Of a DNA stretch of 52,947 bases, positions 26,668-38,196 are shown in pieces. The translations under genes and the position numbers were made by a program. The notes below the pieces were generated by a model. That model worked only from the letters and a program-made list of their open reading frames with translations. It was not told the origin of the DNA and ran no database searches. The DNA comes from Proteromonas lacertae (lineage: Eukaryota). Within the stretch, counting starts at the first letter, position 1, and each line of letters begins with the position of its first letter. The DNA lies in contig NGBS01000609.1 in NCBI GenBank assembly GCA_002245135.1, positions 62,001-114,947 on the forward strand. The letters are read 5' to 3'.

Positions 26668-28312
26668 TTCATTCTTTTTCTTTTCTTTTTCAAAATGGGT
26701 TTACGAAAATTCTTTTCAAAGTTTTTGAACCAGAATCTATTTAAAATCTACTTTTCTAATGAACTATAAGAGTAGTAAGTATAAAGAATTTCAAATTCAA
26801 AATCCTACATGTATGAAGATATTTTTAAATAGAATATAGTAATGAAAGTAATAAATTCAGCTAGTTCTGCTTCAGTGGCAAGTATTTATTATTAATTTAT
26901 ATAGTATAATACCAGGTTTAATTGTTCAACCATTAGAAGTTCTAAAGACGAGATGTCAAACTGTAACTCATTTGAAGTGTATTTAGTTTTAGTTAAAAAA
27001 TGAATAGTAGTGTAACAAGAGTGAGTTTAGGTTTCGGAATCTATGTTCCTTGAAGATCACCCGGCTATTGAGCATAGTTGTTGTTGTAGATTGATCCGAA
27101 GTATCTTGATTACCATGCTCCTACTGATGATGATGATAAATCTATACCTTAAGTAACTTCTCCTATCGATAAATACCCTTTGATTAACTCTTACCAGGTG
27201 TTGTTCTTGGGATGGACTTATCATATCAGGCATCTCTGTATTCAATTTTTTCTGATCCTCCGAGAGAGACTTTGTCTTATGAATACTCAATCAGCATTAT
27301 CTACCCGTACTTCCTCTAGCCTTGAATTACAACAGCGTGAGCCTATGTCTACTTCTACTCAAGGTAATTATCATCACTCCCGTAAAGGTAAAGAATTCAC
27401 GTTCAATTGTTAAGTGTAGTAAGACTGTGAAGCCATCCACCAGTTCCAATGCCTCCAAGAAGCGTAAGCTTAATCACAATCATCGAAGGCATCTCCTACT
27501 GTTGCTAGCACCACACTTAAGAAGAAACTCCTCAGAGGCAAGACAACTTCCTCGGTACAGTCATCCAAAGAAGTGATCATGGACAAGATCTTGGAAGCTA
27601 TAAAGCACTCTAACAACCTCCTCAACTGATATTACATCCGATCCTTCTATTCCTTAACATCACCTGTTGGTCTCTGGCCAGTGAGTCATTCCCAGAGTCA
27701 CAATCTTGGCATAAAGGTAAGCAAACTTTAACGTCTTCAAGAACTCTTCTAGACTATGATGACGATAAGGAAACGTCTCTACCAGGCAACACATCTCATA
27801 AGACTCCAGCGATTGCTCTAGGCAAGGATTACCACCGAGAACTCTTCGGTCCTTCTTATTCTTAGAATAGCCTAACCTTCCATACTCTTGCATGCTCTCC
27901 TTTGGATAGTCCATTCCTTTGACTGCAAAGACGCTGTTGTTGTATACCCATCTAAAAGGATATATTTCATCATTTTCATGTGAAGCTATAATAAATAATC
28001 TTTCTACATACTAGTTGTTGAAAATATTAAATTATCAAATTTTGTTGATGATATAAATGAAAAATTAGTTGAAAGAATTAAAAAATTGTGTTATAAATAT
28101 TTTTGATTTATTATAAGTTATATAATTTGCAATAAGAGTAATTACGAAACAGAAATACTGAAATTAAACAAAAAACAAAATTCAAACCTTCAAGCTCATC
28201 ATTATCAGTTTTTTTAAAATCTCTATTGATATAGTATTGGAGAGCATTTAAACATCAAAATAATTTTTATTATTTTAGATTAATAACCTTATTAATTTTT
28301 ACTAACATTGAT

Positions 28313-30478
28313 ATGAAAAATGGTAAGATGATGTATAATTCTGAAGAAAACACCTACATTAAACAAGATGAAAAAACTGTGAAAGATAATAAATATGTGA
28401 AAGCAAATACAAAACTACATAATCAGCCGTTTTTACAGTATCCTCCTACTCCTATTGATCCATATACTAATCCTTACTTTACAGAGGGTAAATACAATGC
28501 TTCAGATGATTTCAATCAACTATCTCCACCAAATGGTGATTATTCAGTACAACAGTTAGCTAATGGATATTTACATGAACCACTAAGACATCCTCTTTCT
28601 ATGAATGATTATAATAAAGAAATAAAACCAAACAATAATCCTAATAGTGTAATAGGTATAGGATATCAAGGTGAAGCAAATAACAATCTTAAACAACATC
28701 CACAAAATCAAAATCTACAGCAACAATATCTACTGCCTCAATATTATTATACAACACCGTATGGCCAAAGGCAAGTGTATTATCCAACTCAATCACATGG
28801 TATTAGTGGATTTATACCTCCTCCAGTAACAGATGGATATAACTCTTATAATGCTAATCAATTACCTCCTTATGGTTATATTCCTTCTGCTACTATTCCT
28901 ATTTCTCAACTTCCTCCTCAAAATGATGTTAAAACAGAAAATAAGAAGAAAAGAAAGAAGAATAGAAGAAATAAGAAATCTAAAAAAGCAAATACAAGTT
29001 CTAGTAGTAGTTGTAGTAACAGCGATGCAAATAGTGATGATGATAGTGACAGTGAAAATAGTGAAAATGAAGAGAATGTTGTTCCAATAGTACAAGCAGT
29101 AAATCTTCTGAATAATAATAATGAAACAAATGCAACTAGTAGTATTTCATCATCGAGTAATGTAAACAATACACATTCAATTGATCAAAGTAAAGATGAA
29201 GGTAGATTATCTCCAATAAATGAAATCACTGATTCATATGTAGTTCAAGTAGATAAACTAAATTCATCAATAACAACTAAACAAATATCTGATATATTTA
29301 GTATTGTTGGAAATTTAAAATCTGTAAATATCTATGAAGATAAGAAAAGATATGCCTTAGTTGAATATTCAACTGAAGAATCAGCAATAAAAGCAATTCA
29401 AAAGTTGAGTGGTAAAACATTTAGTGGAAATAAATTTTATGTTAGTTGGAGTAAAATAAAGATAGAAAAGAACAAAGTAGTGTTAGATAATTTACCTTAT
29501 AATGTAGAAGAAGAGAAAATTCGAAATATATGCAGTATAATTGGAGAGATAGAATCAATAGAAATAGAAAGACCAATAAATCCAAATGAAAGAAGTCGAT
29601 GTTGTATAATATTCAAAGAAAAAGAAGCATTAGAAACTGTAGAAATAATATTAGGAGATGCAGAAATTGATGGTTTACCAATTAAAGTAATAATCGATAA
29701 GAATGACACAATAAAATTGAATAGAAATAGAAAGGATAAAGAAACAAATGAAAATACAGAAGTTGATAAAGTGAATGAAAGAATGAATGATTTAAATATA
29801 AATGATGAAAGAAAACCAAATTCAATTCCAAAAGATCAATACAATGAAAAACCAAATGAAGATCCACCTCAATATCAACATGAGAAAGTTGATCATGATG
29901 TAAAACCAAAAACAGTTCCATCTAAAATAAAAGATGAAAATGAAGATAATAAAAAACCTTATACTTGGCCAATGCTTAATAAACCATTACATGCAACAGT
30001 TAGGCTAATAAAAATAAAGAATTTTGAGAAAAAAGAAGTAGAAATTATATTTGAGAATTATGGTATTAATAGTATTGAAGAAATTTCTCCAAATTGTTTT
30101 GAAGTTGCCTTATTGAATGAAGAAATATGTAATAAAGCAATGAAAGAGTTAGATGAAGCAGAGTTTAATCATAAGATAATTTATTTAGAATGGGGAGAAA
30201 AAAAGAAAGTGAAACGAAATTTAAATACAGTATTTGTAGGATGTTTATCTCCTGAAGTTACAGAAGCTGATTTAAGCAAAGTATTTAGTGAAATAGGAGA
30301 ACTAGATAGTCTGAAAATATTTCGACAAAAAGGAGCGAGAGATGCACCAGATTATGCATATGTGAATTATGTTGATTCAAAATGTGTAGATCAAGCAATT
30401 AAAATTTTGAATGGAACAAACATCAAAGGTAGATTTATTACAGTGCAATATTCTAAAAAGAAACACGCAAAAAAATAA
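28313..30478 (+). CDS. Multi-RRM protein, intact paralog
   Basis: 721-aa intronless ORF sharing the RRM1-RRM2 core with the other copies. Confidence 0.85.
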   Translation: MKNGKMMYNSEENTYIKQDEKTVKDNKYVKANTKLHNQPFLQYPPTPIDPYTNPYFTEGKYNASDDFNQLSPPNGDYSVQQLANGYLHEPLRHPLSMNDYNKEIKPNNNPNSVIGIGYQGEANNNLKQHPQNQNLQQQYLLPQYYYTTPYGQRQVYYPTQSHGISGFIPPPVTDGYNSYNANQLPPYGYIPSATIPISQLPPQNDVKTENKKKRKKNRRNKKSKKANTSSSSSCSNSDANSDDDSDSENSENEENVVPIVQAVNLLNNNNETNATSSISSSSNVNNTHSIDQSKDEGRLSPINEITDSYVVQVDKLNSSITTKQISDIFSIVGNLKSVNIYEDKKRYALVEYSTEESAIKAIQKLSGKTFSGNKFYVSWSKIKIEKNKVVLDNLPYNVEEEKIRNICSIIGEIESIEIERPINPNERSRCCIIFKEKEALETVEIILGDAEIDGLPIKVIIDKNDTIKLNRNRKDKETNENTEVDKVNERMNDLNINDERKPNSIPKDQYNEKPNEDPPQYQHEKVDHDVKPKTVPSKIKDENEDNKKPYTWPMLNKPLHATVRLIKIKNFEKKEVEIIFENYGINSIEEISPNCFEVALLNEEICNKAMKELDEAEFNHKIIYLEWGEKKKVKRNLNTVFVGCLSPEVTEADLSKVFSEIGELDSLKIFRQKGARDAPDYAYVNYVDSKCVDQAIKILNGTNIKGRFITVQYSKKKHAKK

Positions 30479-31276
30479 GTAAATCTTATCATTAAGCAAT
30501 TAAAATGATTGAATTAGCAATCTTATCTAATATTACATAAAAAGTAATAATAATTTGATAAATGCAGGAAAATAAAGTTTTATATATGTATATTTTATGA
30601 TTATTTTGTATGTTAAAATTATTTACATACAGAAAAACGAAACTTTCCATAAAGTGTATGTTTAAACTACAAACTCTTATTCTAACAAATTATTTATATT
30701 AATTGCATTATTATTATTATTACAATAAAGCTAACAAACAACAATATTTATCTTGAGAAGTTGAAATATTCTTTCAGTTGGATTAAGTATAAATACATCT
30801 CTACTAACAAAAATGATAACGCACATATGGTATATTAATAGTATGTTTAGTAGTTATAAATTCAACTAACTTCACATCTAGATTTAATAATTCGCATCTA
30901 TCAAAGCATTTAGATATAATACAGGAATATATGAGTTGATAGATGATGTTTTATTAACAAAGCGCTGTCTAACAAGTATTTACACAGATTATCGAATGTG
31001 TATATCACTTTACATTTATATTTCTAACATACAGTATTTTTGAAAAATAGTGTGAAAAATAAAAGCTTATAACAATATCGCATGAAAAAAGAATTAAATT
31101 CAAACCTTAATCAAGCATATATTGCATTTGAGGCTATATTAGTATAGAAAAGCTATTTAATTACATGCATTAGAAACGACTAAAATTATATTCGTTATAC
31201 AATCATTTTGATTATTTTATTTACATAGCTTATATCGTTCTAATAAACGCTTAAAAGACATTAAAAAAAAATCAAT

Positions 31277-33313
31277 ATGCAAGATACTGTACCAATATTA
31301 AACCCTAACGCTAAACCTTATATAAAACCAGAAGAAAGTAAAGTTAAAGAAAACAAGTTTATAAGAAAAGCTAACGAGATGAGTTACCAACAAAATACTC
31401 AAACATACTATCAACCACCGTTTCAACCTACTTCACAGTATATACCACCTCAGGATGATCCATATACAAATCCTTACTATACAGGAAGTATAGCTTATAG
31501 TCCAGATAATTTTAATCAACAACCTCCTGCTGATTATTATAATCAATATGCAACTGGATATATACCTCAACCACCAAGACATCCTGCTTCATTCAATCCA
31601 CATAAGGAAATAAAGCCGAACAATAAACCTAGAAGTGGAATTGGTATAGGATATCAAGGTGAAGCTTTTTACCATAATAAAGAATATCCCCAAGATGAAT
31701 ATCTACAACCACCACCACCATATTATATACCATCCCCATTTGTACAAACACAGCCATATTATCCACCTCCACCTAGTGATATAAATGGATATAATTCTTA
31801 CACTTACCTTCCACCTCCACCTCCTCCTCCACAATATAGTGTTGATAGTTCTGTAGTTAATACAGAAGATAAACAGAAAAGAAAAGAGAAGAAATCGAAG
31901 ATAGAATCAAGTGAAAGTGATAGTGATAGTGAAAGTAGTGTAGAACCACCACCAATCTTTCAAGTGAATTTAAATAATAATAATGATAATTATGATTCTA
32001 TAAATGAAGTAAATAGTGAAGTTAAAACAATTAATTCCGTTCAATCAGGTATTGATTCTGTTTCATCTTCATCAACTATTAGTGTTTCAAACAATATATA
32101 TTCAATTGATCAAAGTAAAGATGAAGGTAGATTATCTCCAATAAACGAAATCACTGATTCATATGTTGTTCAAGTAGATAAACTAAATCCTTCGATTAAT
32201 GAAAAGAAAATATCTGATATATTTAGTCTTGTTGGAAGTTTAAAATCTGTAAATATCTATGAAGATAAGAAAAGATATGCCTTAGTTGAATATTCAACTG
32301 AAGAATCAGCAATAAAAGCAATTCAGCGATTTAATGGATTGAAGATAAATGGAGAAAGACTGTTGGTATATTGGAGTAAAATAAAGATAGAAAAGAATAA
32401 AGTAGTGTTAGATAATTTACCTTATAATGTAGAAGAAGAAAAGATCCGAAATATATGCAGTATAATTGGAGAGATAGAATCAATAGAAATAGAAAGACCA
32501 ATAAATCCAAATGAAAGAAGTCGATGTTGTATAATATTCAAAGAAAAAGAAGCATTAGAAACTGTAGAAATAATATTAGGAGATGCAGAAATTGATGGTT
32601 TACCAATTAAAGTAATAATTGATAAGAATGACACAATAAAATTGAATATAAATGGAAATAGGAATAAAGATGTAAATATCAAACCAATGTCAGCTCCAAC
32701 ACCATTACAACCATATAAAGAAATGAGTGAAAGAATGAATGATTTAAATATAAATGATGAAAGAAAACCAAATTCATATCCACAACCATCATCATTTTCT
32801 TCTTCTTCTTCTAGTTCATTATACACAATAGTTAATCCAATAATAATAAAAGATTTTGAAAAGAAAGAAGTTGAAAATATATTTGAGAATTATGAAGTAA
32901 AATCCATAACCGATTTATCTACTAATTGTTATGAAGTTATATTAAAAGATAATGAAATGTCAGGTAAAGCTATGAAGAATTTAGATGGAGTAGAATTCGA
33001 TCATAAGATAATTCATTTAGAATGGGGAGAAGAAAAGCGAATTAAACGTCCTTTAAATACAGTATTTGTAGGATGTTTATCATCAGATGTAACAGAAGAT
33101 GATATAAGAAAGAAATTTAGTGAAATTGGTGAGATAGACAGTGTGAAGGTGTTTCGACAGAAAGTACAAGGTAAATCACCTGATTATGCGTATGTGAATT
33201 ACGTGAATGCTGAAAGTGTAGATCAGGCGATTAAACGACTAAATGGAACGAATATCAAAGGTAGATTTATTACTGTGCAATATTCTAAGAAAAAACACGC
33301 AAAAACTAAATGA
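31277..33313 (+). CDS. Multi-RRM protein, intact paralog
   Basis: 678-aa intronless ORF. N-terminal two thirds almost identical to 13935-16169, with a different C-terminus. Confidence 0.85.
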   Translation: MQDTVPILNPNAKPYIKPEESKVKENKFIRKANEMSYQQNTQTYYQPPFQPTSQYIPPQDDPYTNPYYTGSIAYSPDNFNQQPPADYYNQYATGYIPQPPRHPASFNPHKEIKPNNKPRSGIGIGYQGEAFYHNKEYPQDEYLQPPPPYYIPSPFVQTQPYYPPPPSDINGYNSYTYLPPPPPPPQYSVDSSVVNTEDKQKRKEKKSKIESSESDSDSESSVEPPPIFQVNLNNNNDNYDSINEVNSEVKTINSVQSGIDSVSSSSTISVSNNIYSIDQSKDEGRLSPINEITDSYVVQVDKLNPSINEKKISDIFSLVGSLKSVNIYEDKKRYALVEYSTEESAIKAIQRFNGLKINGERLLVYWSKIKIEKNKVVLDNLPYNVEEEKIRNICSIIGEIESIEIERPINPNERSRCCIIFKEKEALETVEIILGDAEIDGLPIKVIIDKNDTIKLNINGNRNKDVNIKPMSAPTPLQPYKEMSERMNDLNINDERKPNSYPQPSSFSSSSSSSLYTIVNPIIIKDFEKKEVENIFENYEVKSITDLSTNCYEVILKDNEMSGKAMKNLDGVEFDHKIIHLEWGEEKRIKRPLNTVFVGCLSSDVTEDDIRKKFSEIGEIDSVKVFRQKVQGKSPDYAYVNYVNAESVDQAIKRLNGTNIKGRFITVQYSKKKHAKTK

Positions 33314-33502
33314 ATCTTACCTTTAAGCAGTCTGTTGTTCGTTGATTGTAATTTAAATACGAATTTATATGTAATAATTGTATAGTGTGAGAAGAATAAC
33401 CTTTTCATCACATATATAAAATTAAATGCTGGTGATATTATTATATTATCTGCAAAAACACTTTTTTAGAACAAGCCAAGGCAAGCTTGTTATCCTTTTT
33501 AA

Positions 33503-35539
33503 ATTTCAGTTAATTTTTTAAAAATTGAGCTTGATAACTGTGAAATTGATTTATATACACAAGAAAAAGAAAAAGGAAAAAATACAAATAACGAGCAGAT
33601 AATATTAAATCATGCGAAAACCAATAGAAGCGTTTCTAAAACTTTTGGTTGTAGTAAACATAAATTCTTAGGCATATCTAGGAGTGGACAACAGCATCTG
33701 GCTTATAATCTTCAAATTCATACTCAATGTCAGAAAGATGTATGTGTACATAATTCTCATCTCATTATTTCAAATCGTTATGCAAATCCTTGTAATAATT
33801 TTGATAATAAATTGCCACGTCATCCTACAATCAATCAACCAAAGCAAGAATATGGTCCATGGCAACCAGGTGCACATAGTGATTATGGTGTTGGTGTTGC
33901 TTATCAAAGTGTAACATATTATCAAACACAGCAAATACCTCCATCTCGTGAATATGTTTATCCATTACCATATACTATACAGCAACAACAATATTATTAT
34001 CCACCATCTCCTCCTTCAAATGCTTATTCTCAACAATTTAATCAACAACTTGCATATCCTCCTTATAATTCTTCAACAGATAAAGAAGATAAGCATAAAA
34101 AGAAAAAAAAGATAGAATCAAGTAGTAGTGAACGTAGTGTAGAAAATGAAAATAATGAAAATAAGAGAGATGATAATAATGGCAATTCAATAGTTGAAAT
34201 TGAAAATAAAAGAAGTTTAATAAGTTCTGATACAACCAGTCTTATATCATCTTCAAATCGTTCAGTAATTGATTCAAATTTAACTATTAATACAAATGCA
34301 TTAACAGATAATAAAACACAGGATGTAAATAGATTATTACCAATAAATGAAGAAATAGTAAAAGATTCATATGTTGTTCAAATAGATAAACTAAATCCTT
34401 CGATTAATGAAAAGAAAATATCTGATATATTTAGTATTGTTGGAAATTTAAAATCTGTAAATATCTATGAAGATGAAAAGAGATATGCCTTAATTGAATA
34501 TTCAACTAAAGAATCAGCAATAAAAGCAATTCAAAAGTTTAATGGATTGAAATTAAATGGAGATGAAATATTAGTTGATTGGAGTAAAATAAAGATAGAA
34601 AAGAATAAAGTAGTGTTAGATAATTTACCTTATAATGTAGAAGAAGAAAAGATCCGAAATATATGCAGTATAATTGGAGAGATAGAATCAATAGAAATAG
34701 AAAGACCAATAAATCCAAATGAAAGAAGTCGATGTTGTATAATATTCAAAGAAAAAGAAGCATTAGAAACTGTAAAAATAATATTAGGAGATGCAGAAAT
34801 TGATGGTTTACCAATTAAAGTAATAATCGATAAGAATGACACAATAAAATTGAATATAAATGATAATAGGAATAAAGATGTAAATATCAAACCAATGTCA
34901 GCTCCAACACCATTACAACCATATAAAGAAATGAGTGAAAGAATGAATGATTTAAATATAAATGATGAAAGAAAACCAAATTCATATCCACAACCATCAT
35001 CATTTTCTTCTTCTTCTTCTAGTACGTTATACACAATAGTTAATCCAATAATAATAAAAGATTTTGAAAAGAAAGAAGTTGAAAGTATATTTGAGAATTA
35101 TGAAGTAAAATCCATAACCGATTTATCTACTAATTGTTATGAAGTTATATTAAAAGATAATGAAATGTCAGATAAAGCTATGAAGAATTTAAATGGAAAA
35201 GAATTCGATCATAAGATAATTCATTTAGAATGGGGAGAAGAAAAGAAAGTGAAAAGACATTTAAATACAGTATTTGTAGGATGTTTATCATCAGATGTAA
35301 CAGAAGATGATATAAGAAAGAAATTTAGTGAAATTGGTGAGATAGACAGTGCGAAGGTGTTTCGACAGAAAGTGCAAAATAAATTACCTGATTATGCGTA
35401 TGTGAATTACGTGAATGCTGAAAGTGTAGATCAGGCGATTAAACGACTAAATGGAACGAATATCAAAGGTAGATTTATTACTGTGCAACATTCTAAAAGA
35501 AACACCCAAAAACTAAATAGAAACCCTTATTGTGTTTAA
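33503..35539 (+). CDS. Multi-RRM protein paralog, start unresolved
   Basis: Frame open from 33503 but no in-frame ATG until after RRM2. C-terminal half nearly identical to the 31277 copy. Confidence 0.65.
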   Translation: MSVNFLKIELDNCEIDLYTQEKEKGKNTNNEQIILNHAKTNRSVSKTFGCSKHKFLGISRSGQQHLAYNLQIHTQCQKDVCVHNSHLIISNRYANPCNNFDNKLPRHPTINQPKQEYGPWQPGAHSDYGVGVAYQSVTYYQTQQIPPSREYVYPLPYTIQQQQYYYPPSPPSNAYSQQFNQQLAYPPYNSSTDKEDKHKKKKKIESSSSERSVENENNENKRDDNNGNSIVEIENKRSLISSDTTSLISSSNRSVIDSNLTINTNALTDNKTQDVNRLLPINEEIVKDSYVVQIDKLNPSINEKKISDIFSIVGNLKSVNIYEDEKRYALIEYSTKESAIKAIQKFNGLKLNGDEILVDWSKIKIEKNKVVLDNLPYNVEEEKIRNICSIIGEIESIEIERPINPNERSRCCIIFKEKEALETVKIILGDAEIDGLPIKVIIDKNDTIKLNINDNRNKDVNIKPMSAPTPLQPYKEMSERMNDLNINDERKPNSYPQPSSFSSSSSSTLYTIVNPIIIKDFEKKEVESIFENYEVKSITDLSTNCYEVILKDNEMSDKAMKNLNGKEFDHKIIHLEWGEEKKVKRHLNTVFVGCLSSDVTEDDIRKKFSEIGEIDSAKVFRQKVQNKLPDYAYVNYVNAESVDQAIKRLNGTNIKGRFITVQHSKRNTQKLNRNPYCV

Positions 35540-36136
35540 TCTCTTATATTTTATAGATTTTGTGTCTTTTTTGTTGTTATGTATTAAATATCTCTCTAAA
35601 ATGTTTGTCTTATTTCAAATTGGCTTATTTTGGTGTAAGAGGTTTAGATTAACACTTTTGTGGAACTTACTTTTCAAAAATATTTACTATTCATTTATTA
35701 ATCTTATACGTTACGAACTATTGTTTTTTTTAATCAATAATATTTTGAACTAACTCTCTCTGTATTTAGGAAATGTGTTCTTATTAGAAATGGTTGATTA
35801 TTAATTAGGAATCTGTATTATTCTCGTATGAATATTGAAAAAGTGTATAAAATTAAATTTAACAACATTTTAGAAATAATCAATAAGTTCTGACATTGGG
35901 TCTAATTCTCATATATATGTTATATATAACTCAACCATGCATAAGCGGTCATTATTGCTAAAGTTAAGAATGGTTTAATAATAGTAGAAGAAAGAAAGTT
36001 TATCATGTTCAGAAGGTGATTATTGTCCATTATGTACTTTATGACAAAACATAAAAGTAAGTCCTTTGCTTAACTCAACTTCAAAATAATTAATAAAACA
36101 AAAAAACATATGTAGACAGTAATATAATAATAGTAA

Positions 36137-37863
36137 TTAGTTTAAACTTTCTTCTATATATTCTTCACCATCATCATAACCATCATTAAATCCTTTTAAA
36201 CTTTCTTTAGTATCATACATATAGTAATTATCTTCATAACTTAAACCACAAAGTCCACATATATATCCATTTCGATAAGATAATATATATTCTATAATAT
36301 ATTTTAATTAATCTATATTATCAGTTATTTTTACTTTTTCATATGTAATTTCTATATTCTTTTTCTTCAATTCTTCAACTTTCTTTTCTAAGTCAATAAG
36401 TTTGCATTTACTTAATTTTATTTCTACATATTATATAATAATTATAAATTATATATATACTATCAAATTTCATTATTTTAAACTTATGTATGTATGGAGA
36501 AGATATAAAATATGAAGTTAGATAAGTATTCTAAACATTTATATTTATACTATCAATTAATGGATTTATATCACTTATCGTATTACCACTTATATATAAT
36601 TCTTTTAACTTTGCAACTTCACATAAACTCTTACATAATTCTTCAAATGACTTATCACATATATTACATTTCATTAAACTAACAACTTCTAAATTTTTTA
36701 ATTTCTTTATTTTTATACATAATTTTTTTATATCTAATCCACTAACTCGATTATAATCAAATCAAATTTCCATCAATTCACTAAACTTGTCTAAATTATC
36801 AATTATTATATGAACACTTTTTATATATCCATTGCTGTTTATCAAACTAAGTCTTTTTAAATTTTGGTTATTTCTTTTTATTAATGCTTCGGTTCCATTA
36901 CTTACTATCTCATTTTCATCATCTACATCACATAAATTATATATTTCATCAAAATTTATCGTTTCAATTCCACTTGGAAGTTTTCTTATTAAATCAACCA
37001 TTATACTTCTCTTTATAGGATTATCACTAAAATTAAATTTCTTTAGGTTTTGGAATTTACTAATCTCATCGCATATTTTATCATTTTTTATTCTAATATC
37101 AGCCAATTCAATACTTTCTACAATATCTTTATTTGATAATAAACTGAAGATTTTTTCTACACTTTTATACGATATTGCATCAAAACGAATATTCTTTATA
37201 TTCTTTAACCCATTCATTTTTTCTTTCAATTCATTACCTACATTGGTATTTTCATCTAATGTTACAACATGATAAAATTCAAACGATTTTATGTTGGAGA
37301 AATCTACATTTTCAAATAATGATTAAATACAACCATTCTTATAGTAAAAATGATGTAATGATATATGTTCTACTTTTTCACACTTTTTCAATACACTATT
37401 TAACCATTTGATGCTTTTATCACAATTAATATCGACTATTTTATTATTATTATTATTAAATATATATTTATACATTCTATTGTTATCTTATTCACATTTA
37501 CATAACTTTTCTCTTCAATATCTTTAAAACACTCACACTCAGCACTACCAGCTTCTTTAGCTGATTTTAACACACACTTTAAACTAACTTCACTCGTATC
37601 ACTTCCATTCACGGGATATTTGAACATATTATCACTTTCCAATACATTTTCACAGCAGTCTACTCAAAGTATACTTTTAATTTTATACTTATTTTTATTT
37701 TGCAATTCCTTTTACAGCTTGCGCATTCACCTTTATCGGAACTTTCCATATCTATTTCATTAATAAATAAACTAGTACAGCTATCATCACTCTCAGATTC
37801 ACTTCTATTCACTCTATCATCATCTCCTATACTAACATCGCTCGATTCAATTACAATGTTCAT
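36137..37863 (-). pseudogene. RNI-like leucine-rich repeat protein, disrupted
   Basis: LKKFNFSDNPI, IETINFDEI, LKRLSLINS, LEVVSLMKCNI. In-frame TGA at 36762-36764. Paralog of 38197-39971. Confidence 0.6.
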
Positions 37864-38196
37864 CGCTTCAGGAATACAAATGTAAAAACAAAAAAATTAT
37901 TGTCCTATAGTACCAATGTGATAATGGTAAAAACAAAATAACATTCGCAAAGTATAAATCTATAAAAGAAGGATTAAGAGTTAGTGACGATGAATTAAAA
38001 GAAATAAAAAGCTCCTATCTAGACAACTATGAATATTATGGAGATGTAATAGATAATTATGATGAAAGGAATAAATAAATAAATATAACTAAATCTGGTA
38101 ATCATAATTAAAAACTGTTATGATAAAAACATTTATCATATGCATTATCAATTACATCTGCTAGATTATTGAACCATCCTTTTGTACAATTTGAAA

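Noticed and set aside
15083..35034. Repeated antisense ORFs (…IITLIGKPSISASPNIIST…)
   Set aside because: Shadows of the conserved RRM2 coding strand, repeated only because the sense gene is duplicated.
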